Assembly (NCBI GenBank): GCA_047971315.1
Contig: JBKDZP010000004.1
Location: forward strand, 71,717-135,716
Reading direction: 5' to 3'
Length of the DNA: 64,000 nt
Source of the DNA: Bacilli bacterium
GTDB lineage: Bacteria; Bacillota_I; Bacilli_A; RF39; UBA660
The translations under genes and the position numbers were made by a program. Below the pieces are notes generated by a model. That model did not search any database. It saw only the letters and a program-made list of their open reading frames with translations, and was not told the origin of the DNA. Below are positions 27,561 to 39,647 of the stretch, one piece after another (the stretch's first letter is position 1; every line of letters begins with the position of its first letter).

Positions 27561-28503
27561 CAGCCCTTCCTAGTTCTATAATTAATTTATCAAGAATTAA
27601 ATTTACATTTGCATTTACAATAACTTTTCTTTTTAAAGATTTTAAAGTTTTTATTTTATTAAACAAGCTTTTTAAATTGTTTTTTATTGAAATTGCACTA
27701 ATTGCGATTTCAAATTTTTCAAACAATTCCATCTTTTCACCTATTTTATATCTTATAATATCACGATAATAGTAAATCATTGTGTCAAATGCTATTAACA
27801 AAGAATCTTTATCTTTAAAATTATCAAGAATTAAATTTTCATAATTAATAATTATATCTGAACCATATTCTTCAAATTTATTTATAAATTCCATTATTTT
27901 TTCTAAATTTTCAATAAAATCATCTTGATTATTTTCTTCCTTAATTTTAGAGGAATAAATATAAGATAATTTTTCTTCAAATGTTAATAATTTATTTTTA
28001 GTATTTGAAAGAGGAATTATCTGGCACCTTGAAACAATAGTATTTATCATCTTATGAATATTATCAGTTACTAAAATTGCAATAATATTTTCCTCTGGAT
28101 CTTCTAAAAATTTCAAAATTGAATTTGATGAAGAAATATTCATACGTTCTGCATTATAGATTATATATACTTTTTTTGAAGCATAAATACTCTTCATGCT
28201 AAATTCATTTTGTAATTCTTCTAATTGTTCCTTTTTTATATTAAATCCATCTGGATATATTTTTTTTAATTCAGGAAAATTATTACTATCAATATTGGAG
28301 CATTGAGTACAATTGACACAATTTCGATTTTCAGTGTTTTTATAAGGACATAGTATTTCTTTCACAAAAGAAATGATAAAATTATCATAATTATTAAATC
28401 CATTTATTACAAATAAATAAGCATGAGAAATTTTGTTTTTGTTAATCTGATTATTTAAAATTCTATATGCAATTTTTTGTTCATTAAGATATTCTTCCAA
28501 CAT
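27544..28503 (-). CDS. holB: DNA polymerase III delta' subunit
   Basis: 319 aa. Contains ISHAYLF, a Cys cluster and SRCQIIPL. Confidence 0.8.
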   Translation of the reverse strand: MLEEYLNEQKIAYRILNNQINKNKISHAYLFVINGFNNYDNFIISFVKEILCPYKNTENRNCVNCTQCSNIDSNNFPELKKIYPDGFNIKKEQLEELQNEFSMKSIYASKKVYIIYNAERMNISSSNSILKFLEDPEENIIAILVTDNIHKMINTIVSRCQIIPLSNTKNKLLTFEEKLSYIYSSKIKEENNQDDFIENLEKIMEFINKFEEYGSDIIINYENLILDNFKDKDSLLIAFDTMIYYYRDIIRYKIGEKMELFEKFEIAISAISIKNNLKSLFNKIKTLKSLKRKVIVNANVNLILDKLIIELGRAVVYEK

Positions 28504-28515
28504 TTTATCACATCC

Positions 28516-28704
28516 TTAAAATATTAATATTTTTATAAAAATAAATGCAAATAAGGCAGGGAAGCCTAAGATTGCAATAGCAAAAATGGTTATAAAATTA
28601 ATTGGTAATATTAAACCCAAGGGTACTACCAATAAATTATAACCTACTAACGTAAATGTACTAAATATAATTTTTTGAATACTTTTTAATATTCTTTTTA
28701 ACAT
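28516..28704 (-). CDS. bofA: BofA-like small membrane protein (pro-sigma-K processing inhibitor family)
   Basis: 62 aa, two TM segments. The C-terminal sequence GLILPINFITIFAIAILGFPALFAFIFIK resembles the BofA motif. It follows recR, as in B. subtilis. Confidence 0.55.
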   Translation of the reverse strand: MLKRILKSIQKIIFSTFTLVGYNLLVVPLGLILPINFITIFAIAILGFPALFAFIFIKILIF

Positions 28705-28740
28705 TTCATCACCAATACAATGTATGTCCTAATTTAAATT

Positions 28741-29340
28741 TTATGAAATATCTGTTCTATCTTCTAAAGCTAACTCCAATGTAAGTGAATCAATATATTC
28801 CATATCTACTCCTAGTGGAACACCATGAGCTATTCTTGTTACTTTACAACCTTTAACATCAAGAATTTTAGAAATATACCTTGCTGTTGTTTCACCTTCT
28901 ATACTAGGTTTAACTGCAATTATAATTTCACTTATATCTTCAGATTTTAGTCTTTTTAATAATAAATCTATCTTTATATCATCTGGATTAATTCCGTCAA
29001 GTGGTGATATTAATCCATCTAAAACATGATACAATCCATTATAACTACCTATTTTTTCAAACAAAATTACATTTTTTGGTGACTCAACAACACATATAGT
29101 AGATTCATCTCTATCTCTTGACTTGCATATTTCACAAAAATCTCCTTCTGATAAATTATTACATTTTTTACATCTGCCAACTTTTAATTTAATATCTGAT
29201 AATGATTTAGAAAATAATTCAATTATATTTTTATCCATATTTAAAGTTGCTAGTGCCATTCTTTCAGCAGACTTTTCTCCAACACTTGGTAATTTTTTAA
29301 AACATTCGATTAAATTATAAATTGTACTTGGATATTTCAT
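28741..29340 (-). CDS. recR: recombination protein RecR
   Basis: 199 aa. Contains an HhH motif, a C4 zinc finger CKKCNNLSEGDFCEIC and a Toprim domain. Confidence 0.95.
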   Translation of the reverse strand: MKYPSTIYNLIECFKKLPSVGEKSAERMALATLNMDKNIIELFSKSLSDIKLKVGRCKKCNNLSEGDFCEICKSRDRDESTICVVESPKNVILFEKIGSYNGLYHVLDGLISPLDGINPDDIKIDLLLKRLKSEDISEIIIAVKPSIEGETTARYISKILDVKGCKVTRIAHGVPLGVDMEYIDSLTLELALEDRTDIS

Positions 29341-29341
29341 T

Positions 29342-29638
29342 TTAGAATAAACCTGGCATTCCTTGAGTATATTTACCCATTCTATGCTCTGTTTCTTTTT
29401 CTATTTTTGATAAAGCATTATTTATAGTAATCATAATCATATCTTCTAACATTTCAATCTCATCTTCCTCGATATTTTTAGTATCAAGTTTTATTTCTTT
29501 TATTAATTTACTTCCTGTTATTTTTACACTTACAAATGAAGTTTTTTCTTCAAAAATTTCATTATCTAATTTTTCTTTTTCTGCTAACATATTTTTTTGT
29601 AATTGTTGAGCTTGTTTTAACATTGCTTGCATATTCAT
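29342..29638 (-). CDS. ebfC: nucleoid-associated protein YbaB/EbfC
   Basis: 98 aa. Starts MNMQAMLKQAQQLQKNM and ends PGLF. Confidence 0.9.
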   Translation of the reverse strand: MNMQAMLKQAQQLQKNMLAEKEKLDNEIFEEKTSFVSVKITGSKLIKEIKLDTKNIEEDEIEMLEDMIMITINNALSKIEKETEHRMGKYTQGMPGLF

Positions 29639-29655
29639 ATATTTATCTCTTCTTT

Positions 29656-31314
29656 CTATTCATATTCAATTATATCATCAAATATTGTTTCTATTTCATT
29701 TTTTTTTTCATCTTGTTTTACATTATTTATTTCAATTATAGGTTCTTCTATAAACTGATATTTCTTAGTTTTACTATTAAATTCTTTTTTAATAACTTCC
29801 CAATGATCTTTGCTAACTGCAACACTTTTAAAATTATCACCAAATGTTTGATTTAAAAATTCATCTATTTTAATCATATTATAATTAAAATATTCTGTTA
29901 TTCTAATATTGTTACAAACAAAAATCATAAAATTATTTCCAAATGCTTTTAATTCACTATCTACAATTAGAGAAGCTATTTCTATATTATTTTGATTATT
30001 TATTAATATATTATTTTTTAATTTATTTTTCATATCAATAAGATTGTTTTTGTCAAAAAGACACAAAGTATTATTTATTCTGATATTAACTAAATTTAAT
30101 AATTTCTTTGACATTTTATCTGATTCTATTTTATTATTTATTTTTTTTACTTCATAATTTGTTTTTGAATTAAAAGTTGAATTTTTTTGTATAATATTAG
30201 TTAATGGTTCAATTGGATGTATAGATTTAATATCGTCAGATTTTTTATTACCTAAATCTAATAATTCAAATATTCCAATTTCAAAAATAACTTTTTGTAT
30301 ATCACTATTTTTTAAATCATTATTTAATTCATTTAACTTTTTTATATACTTCAAAAGCAAATTATTTTCTATATTAATATTGTCATAATTTTCTTTTACC
30401 ATCATATTATTTTCATAATATGACTTAGCATTATTTTTAATTAGAATATTTTTTAAAAAAATAATAATTTCTTCAACTAATTTCACATAATCTTTTCCAT
30501 CTTTTTCATATATATCAATTTTTACTATTATATTATTAATATCGTTTGAAATTATACAGTTTAGAAAATTACAAATTTCAGAAGATGTTAAAGTGCCATT
30601 AACTTCATGAACTTCATCAATAGTTATTTCAGAAGTAGCATACGATATAACCTGATCTAAAATACTAAGTGAATCTCTCATTCCACCACTTGATATTTTG
30701 GCTATTTCTTTAATAGCATTTTTATTAATAGTTACATTTTCATTTTGACATATTTTTTCTATTCTTTCAAAAATATCACTTTCTGATATTTTTTTAAAAT
30801 CAAATCTTTGACACCTTGATAAAATAGTAATCGGAATTTTATGTGGTTCTGTTGTTGCTAAAACAAAGATAACATGGTTTGGAGGTTCTTCTAATGTCTT
30901 TAATAAAGCATTAAAAGCTCCAATTGTTAACATATGTACTTCATCAATTATATAAATTTTATATTTTCCTAAAGAAGGTACTAAATTTATTTTACTCTTT
31001 AATTCCCTTATTTCATCAATACCATTATTAGAAGCAGCATCTATTTCTATTATATCAATAGATTGTCTATTATTTTGTAAACAATTTTCACATATGTTAC
31101 AAGGATTAAAATTATTTAAATTTGTACAATTAATTGTTTTTGCTAATATTTTAGCTATACTTGTTTTTCCCGTTCCTCTAGGTCCTGTAAATAAATATGC
31201 ATGACTAATTTTATTATTTTTAATTGCATTTTTCAATGTTTGAATAATTACTTTTTGACCAATTACTTCATCAAAATTAGATGGTCTATATTTTCTATAT
31301 AATGCTTGATACAC
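29656..31314 (-). CDS. dnaX: DNA polymerase III gamma/tau subunit
   Basis: 552 aa. Contains GPRGTGKTS, a Zn module CNICENC, DEVHML and SRCQRF. Confidence 0.9.
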   Translation of the reverse strand: MYQALYRKYRPSNFDEVIGQKVIIQTLKNAIKNNKISHAYLFTGPRGTGKTSIAKILAKTINCTNLNNFNPCNICENCLQNNRQSIDIIEIDAASNNGIDEIRELKSKINLVPSLGKYKIYIIDEVHMLTIGAFNALLKTLEEPPNHVIFVLATTEPHKIPITILSRCQRFDFKKISESDIFERIEKICQNENVTINKNAIKEIAKISSGGMRDSLSILDQVISYATSEITIDEVHEVNGTLTSSEICNFLNCIISNDINNIIVKIDIYEKDGKDYVKLVEEIIIFLKNILIKNNAKSYYENNMMVKENYDNINIENNLLLKYIKKLNELNNDLKNSDIQKVIFEIGIFELLDLGNKKSDDIKSIHPIEPLTNIIQKNSTFNSKTNYEVKKINNKIESDKMSKKLLNLVNIRINNTLCLFDKNNLIDMKNKLKNNILINNQNNIEIASLIVDSELKAFGNNFMIFVCNNIRITEYFNYNMIKIDEFLNQTFGDNFKSVAVSKDHWEVIKKEFNSKTKKYQFIEEPIIEINNVKQDEKKNEIETIFDDIIEYE

Positions 31315-31389
31315 AATTTCACCTGCCTGTTTTCTAATATTATATCATTTTAAATATAATATTAGAAAAGAAAAAGAAAATAATTATAA

Positions 31390-31824
31390 TTATTTTCTTT
31401 TATCCTTAAAAAAATCTTTTAACAATATCACAGATTCTTCTTTTAATATTCCTTTTTTAATAATAAGATTTTTATTATATTTTTTAAAATATTCCACATT
31501 TTTATTAAGTTCACCAAAATTATTATTTTCTGTAGCATAAATGATTGTATTTAATCTAGATTGGATAATAGCACCAGTACACATTAAACATGGTTCCATT
31601 GTAGTATATAGTATACAATCATTTAAGTACCATGTTTTTAGTTTTTTGCATGCTTTTTCAATTGCCATTATTTCTGCATGTTGTGTAGCTATTTTGTTTT
31701 TTTCTTTTTTGTTATATGCTTTTGCAATTATTTTATCATCTTTTACAATTACTGCACCTACTGGAACATCACCATTTTTATATGCCTTTTTTGCTAATTT
31801 TATTGCTATCTCCATATATTTCAT
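31390..31824 (-). CDS. tadA: tRNA-specific adenosine deaminase
   Basis: 144 aa. Contains HAEIMAI and PCLMCTGAI. Confidence 0.9.
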   Translation of the reverse strand: MKYMEIAIKLAKKAYKNGDVPVGAVIVKDDKIIAKAYNKKEKNKIATQHAEIMAIEKACKKLKTWYLNDCILYTTMEPCLMCTGAIIQSRLNTIIYATENNNFGELNKNVEYFKKYNKNLIIKKGILKEESVILLKDFFKDKRK

Positions 31825-31834
31825 AAATCACCCT

Positions 31835-31914
31835 AAAAAAAGACACACACATTTAGGGACTTTTAAGGCTGCTATGTTTCCATCCTGACCTGATTCAAGT
31901 ATAAATGTTGTGTC
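31835..31914 (-). ncRNA. ffs: small (4.5S-type, ~80 nt) SRP RNA
   Basis: The minus strand reads GGGACACAACAUUUAUACUUGAAUCAGGUCAGGAUGGAAACAUAGCAGCCUUAAAAGUCCCUAAAUGUGUGUGUC plus U7. The domain IV consensus AGGUCAGG..GNRA..AGCAGCC is present. The 5' and 3' ends pair. It has its own promoter. Confidence 0.75.
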
Positions 31915-31920
31915 CCATTA

Positions 31921-31949
31921 AATATACTCCTATTTATTTAATAAATCAA
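31921..31949 (-). promoter_or_regulatory. promoter of the SRP RNA
   Basis: TTGATT (31949..31944), a 17-nt spacer, then TATATT (31926..31921) on the minus strand, about 7 nt upstream of the GGGAC start. Confidence 0.5.
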
Positions 31950-31997
31950 ATATTCCATATCATATTTAATATAAACCATTTATTTTTATAATTATGA

Positions 31998-32013
31998 TGT
32001 TTCACGTGAAACA
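31998..32013. other. parS: parS centromere-like site (perfect palindrome)
   Basis: TGTTTCACGTGAAACA matches the Firmicute parS consensus TGTTNCACGTGAAACA. Confidence 0.8.
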
Positions 32014-32119
32014 TTGGTGGTTTATTATTTTTTTATTAATCATATTTATTTTATTCATTTTTGACTTATAAATTTCATAGATAGATTAAATTATATTATT
32101 AAATTTTTTATAATTATGA

Positions 32120-32135
32120 TGTTTCTCGTGAAACA
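32120..32135. other. parS-like site with one core mismatch
   Basis: TGTTTCTCGTGAAACA (A to T at position 7 breaks the palindrome). Confidence 0.6.
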
Positions 32136-32252
32136 TTGGTGGTCTTTTATTGTTTTATTAATCATATTTATTTTATTCATTTTCGTCTTATAAATTTTAT
32201 AGAAAGATTAAATTATATTTATTTATTATTAAATATTTAAAAAATGTTTATT

Positions 32253-34730
32253 TTAAACATTTTCTTCTTCATCATTTTGAATATCAATATTTTTTTCAAC
32301 TATTTCTTCTTCAATAGCTTCCTTATCTACCAAAATAGCTGTTACAACTTTTTGATTATCTTTCAAATTAATTAATTTTACCCCTTGTGCAACTCTTCCA
32401 GTTGTTGAAATCTGATCTAAAGGCAATCTAATTATTATTCCACTGTCAGTTATTATAATTAAATCTTCATTTCCAATTACAGACTTAAATGATACTATAT
32501 TACCATTTTTTTCAGTAATATTTAATGCTTTAACACCTTTGCTACCTCTATGTGTCATACGATATTCTTCAATTCCAGTTCTTTTCCCATAACCATTTTC
32601 AGTAACAACCAATATTTGTTTATCAGTTTCTCCAATTTCACAGCCTACACATTTTCCATTACCAATATCAATTCCTTTTACCCCTGATGCAGATCTACCT
32701 AACAATCTTAATTCCATTTCATCAAATCTAATCATTCGACCATTTGAACTAGCAATTAATATTTCTTTTTTACCATCAGTTTTCTTAACTGAAACTAATT
32801 TATCATCTTCTCTTAAAGTAATTGCTATTTTACCATTGCTTCTAATATTTTCAAACTCACTAATGTTAGTTCTTTTAATAATACCATTTTGTGTACAAAA
32901 TACAATATTTCGATTTTCATCTTCCTTTGAAACCTTTAACATAAATGTTACTATTTCTTCTTTTTCAATTGGTAAAAGATTTATAATAGGTAATCCCTTA
33001 GATTGTTTACTATATAAAGGAATTTCATACCCTTTCATTCTATATACTTTACCTTTATCTGTAAAGAATAATACATAATCATGAGTAGTCATATATAATA
33101 AATGTTCAGCAAAATCTTCTTCATTGGTATTTGTACCTTTTATCCCAACACCACCGCGATTTTGACTTTTGTAAGTTTCACTACCTATTCTTTTAATATA
33201 TCCTTTATTAGTTAAAATAATTATAATATTATCAACTGGGATTAATGATTCATCTTCAATATAATCTATTGCAGTCATATCAATTTTTGTTCTTCTTTCA
33301 TCACCAAATTTATTTTTAACCTCAAGAGATTCTGTTTTAATAATATTAAGTACTCGACTTTCATTAGCTAAAATATCAGTTAGATCTGCAATTAATATTT
33401 CTAATTGTTTTAATTCTTCCTCTATCTTTTCTCTTTCTAATCCCGTCAAACGACGTAATCTCATTTCCAAAATGGATTTAGCTTGAATTTCTGTTAATTT
33501 AAATCTATTTATCAATTCAGTTGTTGCTTCTATATCAGTTTTAGAAGCTTTTAGCAATTGAACTATTTCATCAATATTATCTAAAGCTATTTTTAGACCT
33601 TCTAATATATGTTCTCTATCTTTTGCTTTAGTTAAATCATATTGTGTTCTTCTTACAATAACTATTTGTTGATGTTCTAAATATTTTTCTAATATATCTT
33701 TTAAAGTTAAAATTTTTGGTACTCCATCTACCAAAGCTAGTGAATTGATTCCAAATGAAGTTTGTAAAGAAGTATGTTTATATAAATTATTTAATACCAC
33801 ATTTGCGTTACAATCTCTTCTAAGTTCAATAACTATTTTAATACCTTCACGATTTGAGGATTCATCTCTTAAATCAGTTATTCCATCAATTACCTTATCA
33901 CGTGCCAAATCAGCTATTTTAGTTATTAAGACTGATTTATTAACCATATATGGAATTTCTGAAATTATTATTTGAGGCTTACCATTTTTTAATTCATCAA
34001 TACTTGCTTTTGATCGAATATTAATTATACCTTTCCCAGTTTCATAAGCTGATTTTATACCATTATTTCCTAAAATAATTCCTCCGGTTGGAAAATCAGG
34101 TCCCTTAATATAATTCATTAATTCAAAATTATCTATATCTCTATTATCAATAAAAGCAATTAATCCATCTATTACCTCACCTAAATTATGAGGTGGAATA
34201 TTAGTTGCCATTCCTACTGCTATTCCAGTTGAACCATTAACTAAAATATTTGGAAAACGAGAAGGTAATACACTGGGTTCTTTTTCAGTACCATCATAAT
34301 TTGGTATAAAATCTATGGTATTTTTATTTATATCACGCACTAATTCCATACTTAATTTAGACATCTTTGACTCTGTATAACGCATCGCAGCGGCACCATC
34401 ACCATCTATTGACCCAAAATTTCCATGTCCATCTACTAACATATAACGATATGAAAATTCTTGAGCCATACGAACTAATGCTTCATAAATACTAGAATCA
34501 CCATGTGGATGGTATTTACCCATAACATCTCCAACAATACGAGCACATTTTTTATGTTGAGATGATGAAGTAGCACCCATTTCATTCATACCGTGCATAA
34601 TTCTTCTTTGAACTGGTTTTAACCCATCTCGAACATCAGGTAATGCACGGGCTGCTATAACACTCATTGCATAATCTAGGAAAGAATCTTGGATTTCATG
34701 TGAAAATAATCTATCTTTTAATTTATCCAT
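32253..34730 (-). CDS. gyrA: DNA gyrase subunit A
   Basis: 825 aa. Contains [15 protein letters not shown], the active-site Tyr region AAMRYTE, and a beta-pinwheel C-terminal domain. Confidence 0.97.
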   Translation of the reverse strand: MDKLKDRLFSHEIQDSFLDYAMSVIAARALPDVRDGLKPVQRRIMHGMNEMGATSSSQHKKCARIVGDVMGKYHPHGDSSIYEALVRMAQEFSYRYMLVDGHGNFGSIDGDGAAAMRYTESKMSKLSMELVRDINKNTIDFIPNYDGTEKEPSVLPSRFPNILVNGSTGIAVGMATNIPPHNLGEVIDGLIAFIDNRDIDNFELMNYIKGPDFPTGGIILGNNGIKSAYETGKGIINIRSKASIDELKNGKPQIIISEIPYMVNKSVLITKIADLARDKVIDGITDLRDESSNREGIKIVIELRRDCNANVVLNNLYKHTSLQTSFGINSLALVDGVPKILTLKDILEKYLEHQQIVIVRRTQYDLTKAKDREHILEGLKIALDNIDEIVQLLKASKTDIEATTELINRFKLTEIQAKSILEMRLRRLTGLEREKIEEELKQLEILIADLTDILANESRVLNIIKTESLEVKNKFGDERRTKIDMTAIDYIEDESLIPVDNIIIILTNKGYIKRIGSETYKSQNRGGVGIKGTNTNEEDFAEHLLYMTTHDYVLFFTDKGKVYRMKGYEIPLYSKQSKGLPIINLLPIEKEEIVTFMLKVSKEDENRNIVFCTQNGIIKRTNISEFENIRSNGKIAITLREDDKLVSVKKTDGKKEILIASSNGRMIRFDEMELRLLGRSASGVKGIDIGNGKCVGCEIGETDKQILVVTENGYGKRTGIEEYRMTHRGSKGVKALNITEKNGNIVSFKSVIGNEDLIIITDSGIIIRLPLDQISTTGRVAQGVKLINLKDNQKVVTAILVDKEAIEEEIVEKNIDIQNDEEENV

Positions 34731-34742
34731 TTTTACCTCCTA

Positions 34743-36668
<1,926 letters not shown>

Positions 36669-36669
36669 A

Positions 36670-37791
36670 TTATTCCACCTCTTTTTTAATTTCTAATTTT
36701 CCATTTTCTACTTTAATTATAGTAGATTTATTTAATATTAATTTATCTATATTATGTAAATCAGTTGTTGTTATTATTGCCTGCATATTATCATCTATAT
36801 AAGATAATAAATTATTTTTTTTATCATCATCTAATTCACTAAATACATCATCCAATAATAAAATTGGACTTGTTTCTTTTACTTTCTTAAACAACTCAAT
36901 TTCAGAAAGTTTTAAAGCTAAAACAGCCATTTTCTGTTGACCTTGGGACCCAAAATTTTTTAAATTTAAATCATCAATATAAAATTCTATATCATCCTTG
37001 TGAGGACCAAATAAAGTACTTTTGTATTTTAATTCATTTTTATAATTTTCATTTATTTTTTTTTTCATTTTTTCAATCATTATCTTTTTTTCAAAACTTT
37101 CAAATTCAAAAGAATTAATATATGATATTTGAAGTCCATTTAATCCACATATATTATAAAATATTTTATTAATTTGATTATTTAATTTTTCTATGAATTT
37201 TTTTCTGCCTAAATATAAAAAAATAGATTTTTCAATTAAATAATTTGTTAAAACATTAAAATAATCTAAATTATAATTTGAACCTGAAATAATTAACTTA
37301 ATGTAATCATTACGCATTTTCAAAATTCTATTATAATCATTTAATATCCTATAATAATTATTATTAATTTGACTTATTTCTATATTCAAAAATCTTCTTC
37401 TTATTTGAGGAGAACCTTTAATTATTTCAAGATCATCTGGATAAAAAATAACTACATTAATTTTAGATATAAAATCACTTAATTTTTTGATATTATTACT
37501 ATCTATCATTAATAATTTATTTTTATTTTCAAAAACCAATTTATATTTTGTATCAATATTATTATTTTCTATTATTCCTGAAATAGAGGCTATGTTATTT
37601 CCTATTTTTATTAAATTATTATCAATAGATGAACGATGAGATTTAGTAATTGCTAATAAATAAATACTTTCTAGTAAATTTGTCTTTCCTTGAGCATTAT
37701 TTCCATAAAAAATAGTTAAACCTTTATTTAAATTAAGTGTTAGTTTAGAATAATTTCTAAAATTTTCTAGTTCAATTTTTTTAATTATCAT
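36670..37791 (-). CDS. recF: DNA replication and repair protein RecF
   Basis: 373 aa. Contains Walker A GNNAQGKTN, the signature SQGQQK and Walker B LLLDDV. Confidence 0.9.
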   Translation of the reverse strand: MIIKKIELENFRNYSKLTLNLNKGLTIFYGNNAQGKTNLLESIYLLAITKSHRSSIDNNLIKIGNNIASISGIIENNNIDTKYKLVFENKNKLLMIDSNNIKKLSDFISKINVVIFYPDDLEIIKGSPQIRRRFLNIEISQINNNYYRILNDYNRILKMRNDYIKLIISGSNYNLDYFNVLTNYLIEKSIFLYLGRKKFIEKLNNQINKIFYNICGLNGLQISYINSFEFESFEKKIMIEKMKKKINENYKNELKYKSTLFGPHKDDIEFYIDDLNLKNFGSQGQQKMAVLALKLSEIELFKKVKETSPILLLDDVFSELDDDKKNNLLSYIDDNMQAIITTTDLHNIDKLILNKSTIIKVENGKLEIKKEVE

Positions 37792-37887
37792 ATAACACCC
37801 TCTTTATTTGTTTTTTTAAACAAAATTTTTTAAATTTAGTTATATAAGTACTCCTATATACATTTAATATTATACCATAAATACTAC

Positions 37888-37916
37888 TAAAAAATAAGCT
37901 TTTTTGCTTATTTTTT
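37888..37916 (-). terminator. intrinsic terminator after the comK-like gene
   Basis: The sequence aaaaataagc-tttttt-gcttattttt forms a hairpin with a U-run. Confidence 0.55.
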
Positions 37917-37923
37917 CATTATT

Positions 37924-38370
37924 TTAACATATTTTTCTTTTTCTTAAAACTGATTCTAATAAAGTAGATCTAAGTATTTGATTATCAAATGAACCATATG
38001 AAATATCTATTACTAATTCACTACCATTTTTAAATAATATTTTTGTTTTTGACTCATAACTAAAATATTTTTCTATTTTATTTAATGAAATCCAATAACA
38101 ATTATCCAATCTTGGTGAATTAGTAGGAAAAAATATAATTTCTCTACTTTCCTCAATAATAATTGGTGCTTTATAACTTATACCTATGATATTTTTTGTT
38201 CCCTCATGTCTTCCTAAATAAGAACTTCCAAAAAATTTACAACTATTATCAATAATGTTTGTTGGTGTATCTTTGACAAAAAGTGTCTTATTATCTTCTA
38301 TTACTTGAGTTTTATTTCTTTCATAAGGAACTAAAGCAACTGTGGATAAGTTTATTTCATAACTATTAAT
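37924..38370 (-). CDS. comK: ComK-family competence transcription factor, no canonical start codon
   Basis: The frame is open from the TAA at 38389-38391. The translation ...INSYEINLSTVALVPYERNKTQVIEDNKTLFVKDTPTNIIDNSCKFFGSSYLGRHEGTKNIIGISYKAPIIIEESREIIFFPTNSPRLDNCYWISL...ISYGSFDNQILRS carries the ComK signature SC.FFGSS..GR..GT....YK.PI......IFFPT.S....C.WI. The ORF track reports only the TTG-initiated last 61 aa. The start given here is an ATT, 7 nt after GGAGGTG. Confidence 0.7.
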   Translation of the reverse strand: MNSYEINLSTVALVPYERNKTQVIEDNKTLFVKDTPTNIIDNSCKFFGSSYLGRHEGTKNIIGISYKAPIIIEESREIIFFPTNSPRLDNCYWISLNKIEKYFSYESKTKILFKNGSELVIDISYGSFDNQILRSTLLESVLRKRKIC

Positions 38371-38451
38371 AATTACACCTCCCCCTAATTAGTAAAACTA
38401 ATTGTTACCTACTATATATTTAAATATAGTCGTTTTTTGTTGAATTAAATT

Positions 38452-38479
38452 ATAAAAAAAAAAACAGAATTTTCTGTTT
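38452..38479 (-). terminator. intrinsic terminator after dnaN
   Basis: Stem aaacaga/tctgttt overlaps the stop codon, followed by a U11 run on the minus strand. Confidence 0.6.
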
Positions 38480-39599
38480 AAATTGTTCTAATTGGAACTA
38501 TTAATTGTGTTAAATCATCACTTTCCACATTTCTAATAATAATTGGTTTTATTTCACCATTAAATAAAAGCTCTATTTCTTCACATTCAAAAGATTTTAA
38601 AGCATCTATCATATATTTAGAACTAAATGCAATTTTTATATCTTCATCTTTATTTTTATATATATTAATAATTTCTTCTACATTACCTATTTCTGGAATA
38701 TTTGATGAGATTATAAAGTTTGAATTCTTACTTTCTAATTTAATTGTATTTTTATCTTCTTCATTGGTTAATAATGATGCTCTATCAATAGCTCCAAAAA
38801 AATCATTTAAATTTACTTTAACTGCTAATGAAAATTCTTTTGGAATAAAACCTGAAACATCTGGATATGTTCCATTTATTAATCTTGACATTAATAAAAT
38901 GTTTGAAAATTTAAATATTACTTTATTATTAAAAATATGTAATTCTACATCTTTATCTTCATCAATCATTAATTTTATTAATTCATTTAAAGTATGAGTT
39001 GGGATAGTAATATCTAAAGACTCTTTCATAGAGTTATTTATTTCTAATTTTTTTAAAGATAATCTGTGTGAATCTGTGGTTGTACATTCTAATCTATTTT
39101 CAATTATACTAAAATTAATACCTGTAAATAAAGGTCTAGATTCTTCATTTGAAGTAGCAAAAGATGTTTGCTTAATTATATTTTTAAATATTTTTTGATT
39201 AATAAAAATAGGATTTTTATTTTCATTAAGATCAATTGTTGGAAATTCTGAGGAATCATTACAATTTAATCTAAAAGATGATTGTTCAGTATTTATAAAT
39301 ATTTTATTATCCACAACTTCTTCAATTGAAATAATAGTATTAGGTAATTTTTTTATAATATCATATATATATCTTCCAGATATTACTACTTCTCCCAATT
39401 TATCTATATTTTCTATATTTTTACTTTCTATAAATGTTTTTATAGCAATTTCATTATCAGTACTCATTAAGTATAAACCATCACTTGTAAGTTCAAATTT
39501 AATACAATTTAGTATAGGAATAATGTTTTTATTTGATATTCCCTTTATTACATAATTTAAGTTTTCCATTAATATTGTTTTTTTAATTTCTAATTTCAT
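38478..39599 (-). CDS. dnaN: DNA polymerase III beta sliding clamp
   Basis: 373 aa. Three-domain clamp pattern, located downstream of dnaA. Confidence 0.95.
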   Translation of the reverse strand: MKLEIKKTILMENLNYVIKGISNKNIIPILNCIKFELTSDGLYLMSTDNEIAIKTFIESKNIENIDKLGEVVISGRYIYDIIKKLPNTIISIEEVVDNKIFINTEQSSFRLNCNDSSEFPTIDLNENKNPIFINQKIFKNIIKQTSFATSNEESRPLFTGINFSIIENRLECTTTDSHRLSLKKLEINNSMKESLDITIPTHTLNELIKLMIDEDKDVELHIFNNKVIFKFSNILLMSRLINGTYPDVSGFIPKEFSLAVKVNLNDFFGAIDRASLLTNEEDKNTIKLESKNSNFIISSNIPEIGNVEEIINIYKNKDEDIKIAFSSKYMIDALKSFECEEIELLFNGEIKPIIIRNVESDDLTQLIVPIRTI

Positions 39600-39647
39600 A
39601 TTTTCTCCTTTTTTATTTTATTTTTATATATTTATTAATATTATAGA

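Larger units (their letters stand above)
31979..32222. repeat. tandem direct repeat, 2 x ~122 bp, each unit carrying a parS(-like) palindrome
   Basis: The units 31979-32100 and 32101-32222 align along their whole length with scattered substitutions (tataattatgatgtttcNcgtgaaacattggtgg...attaatcatatttattttattcatttt...). Confidence 0.85.

Noticed and set aside
31541-31888. 115-aa plus-strand ORF from the track.
   Set aside because: It is antisense to the well-supported tadA gene and runs into the SRP RNA gene. Its composition is low-complexity and hydrophobic, typical of antisense frames in AT-rich DNA.
31979-32222. The repeat region considered as a CRISPR array or a miniature transposable element.
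   Set aside because: There are only two directly abutting ~122-bp units with no unique spacers, no terminal inverted repeats and no target duplication. The palindrome inside each unit is a parS site.
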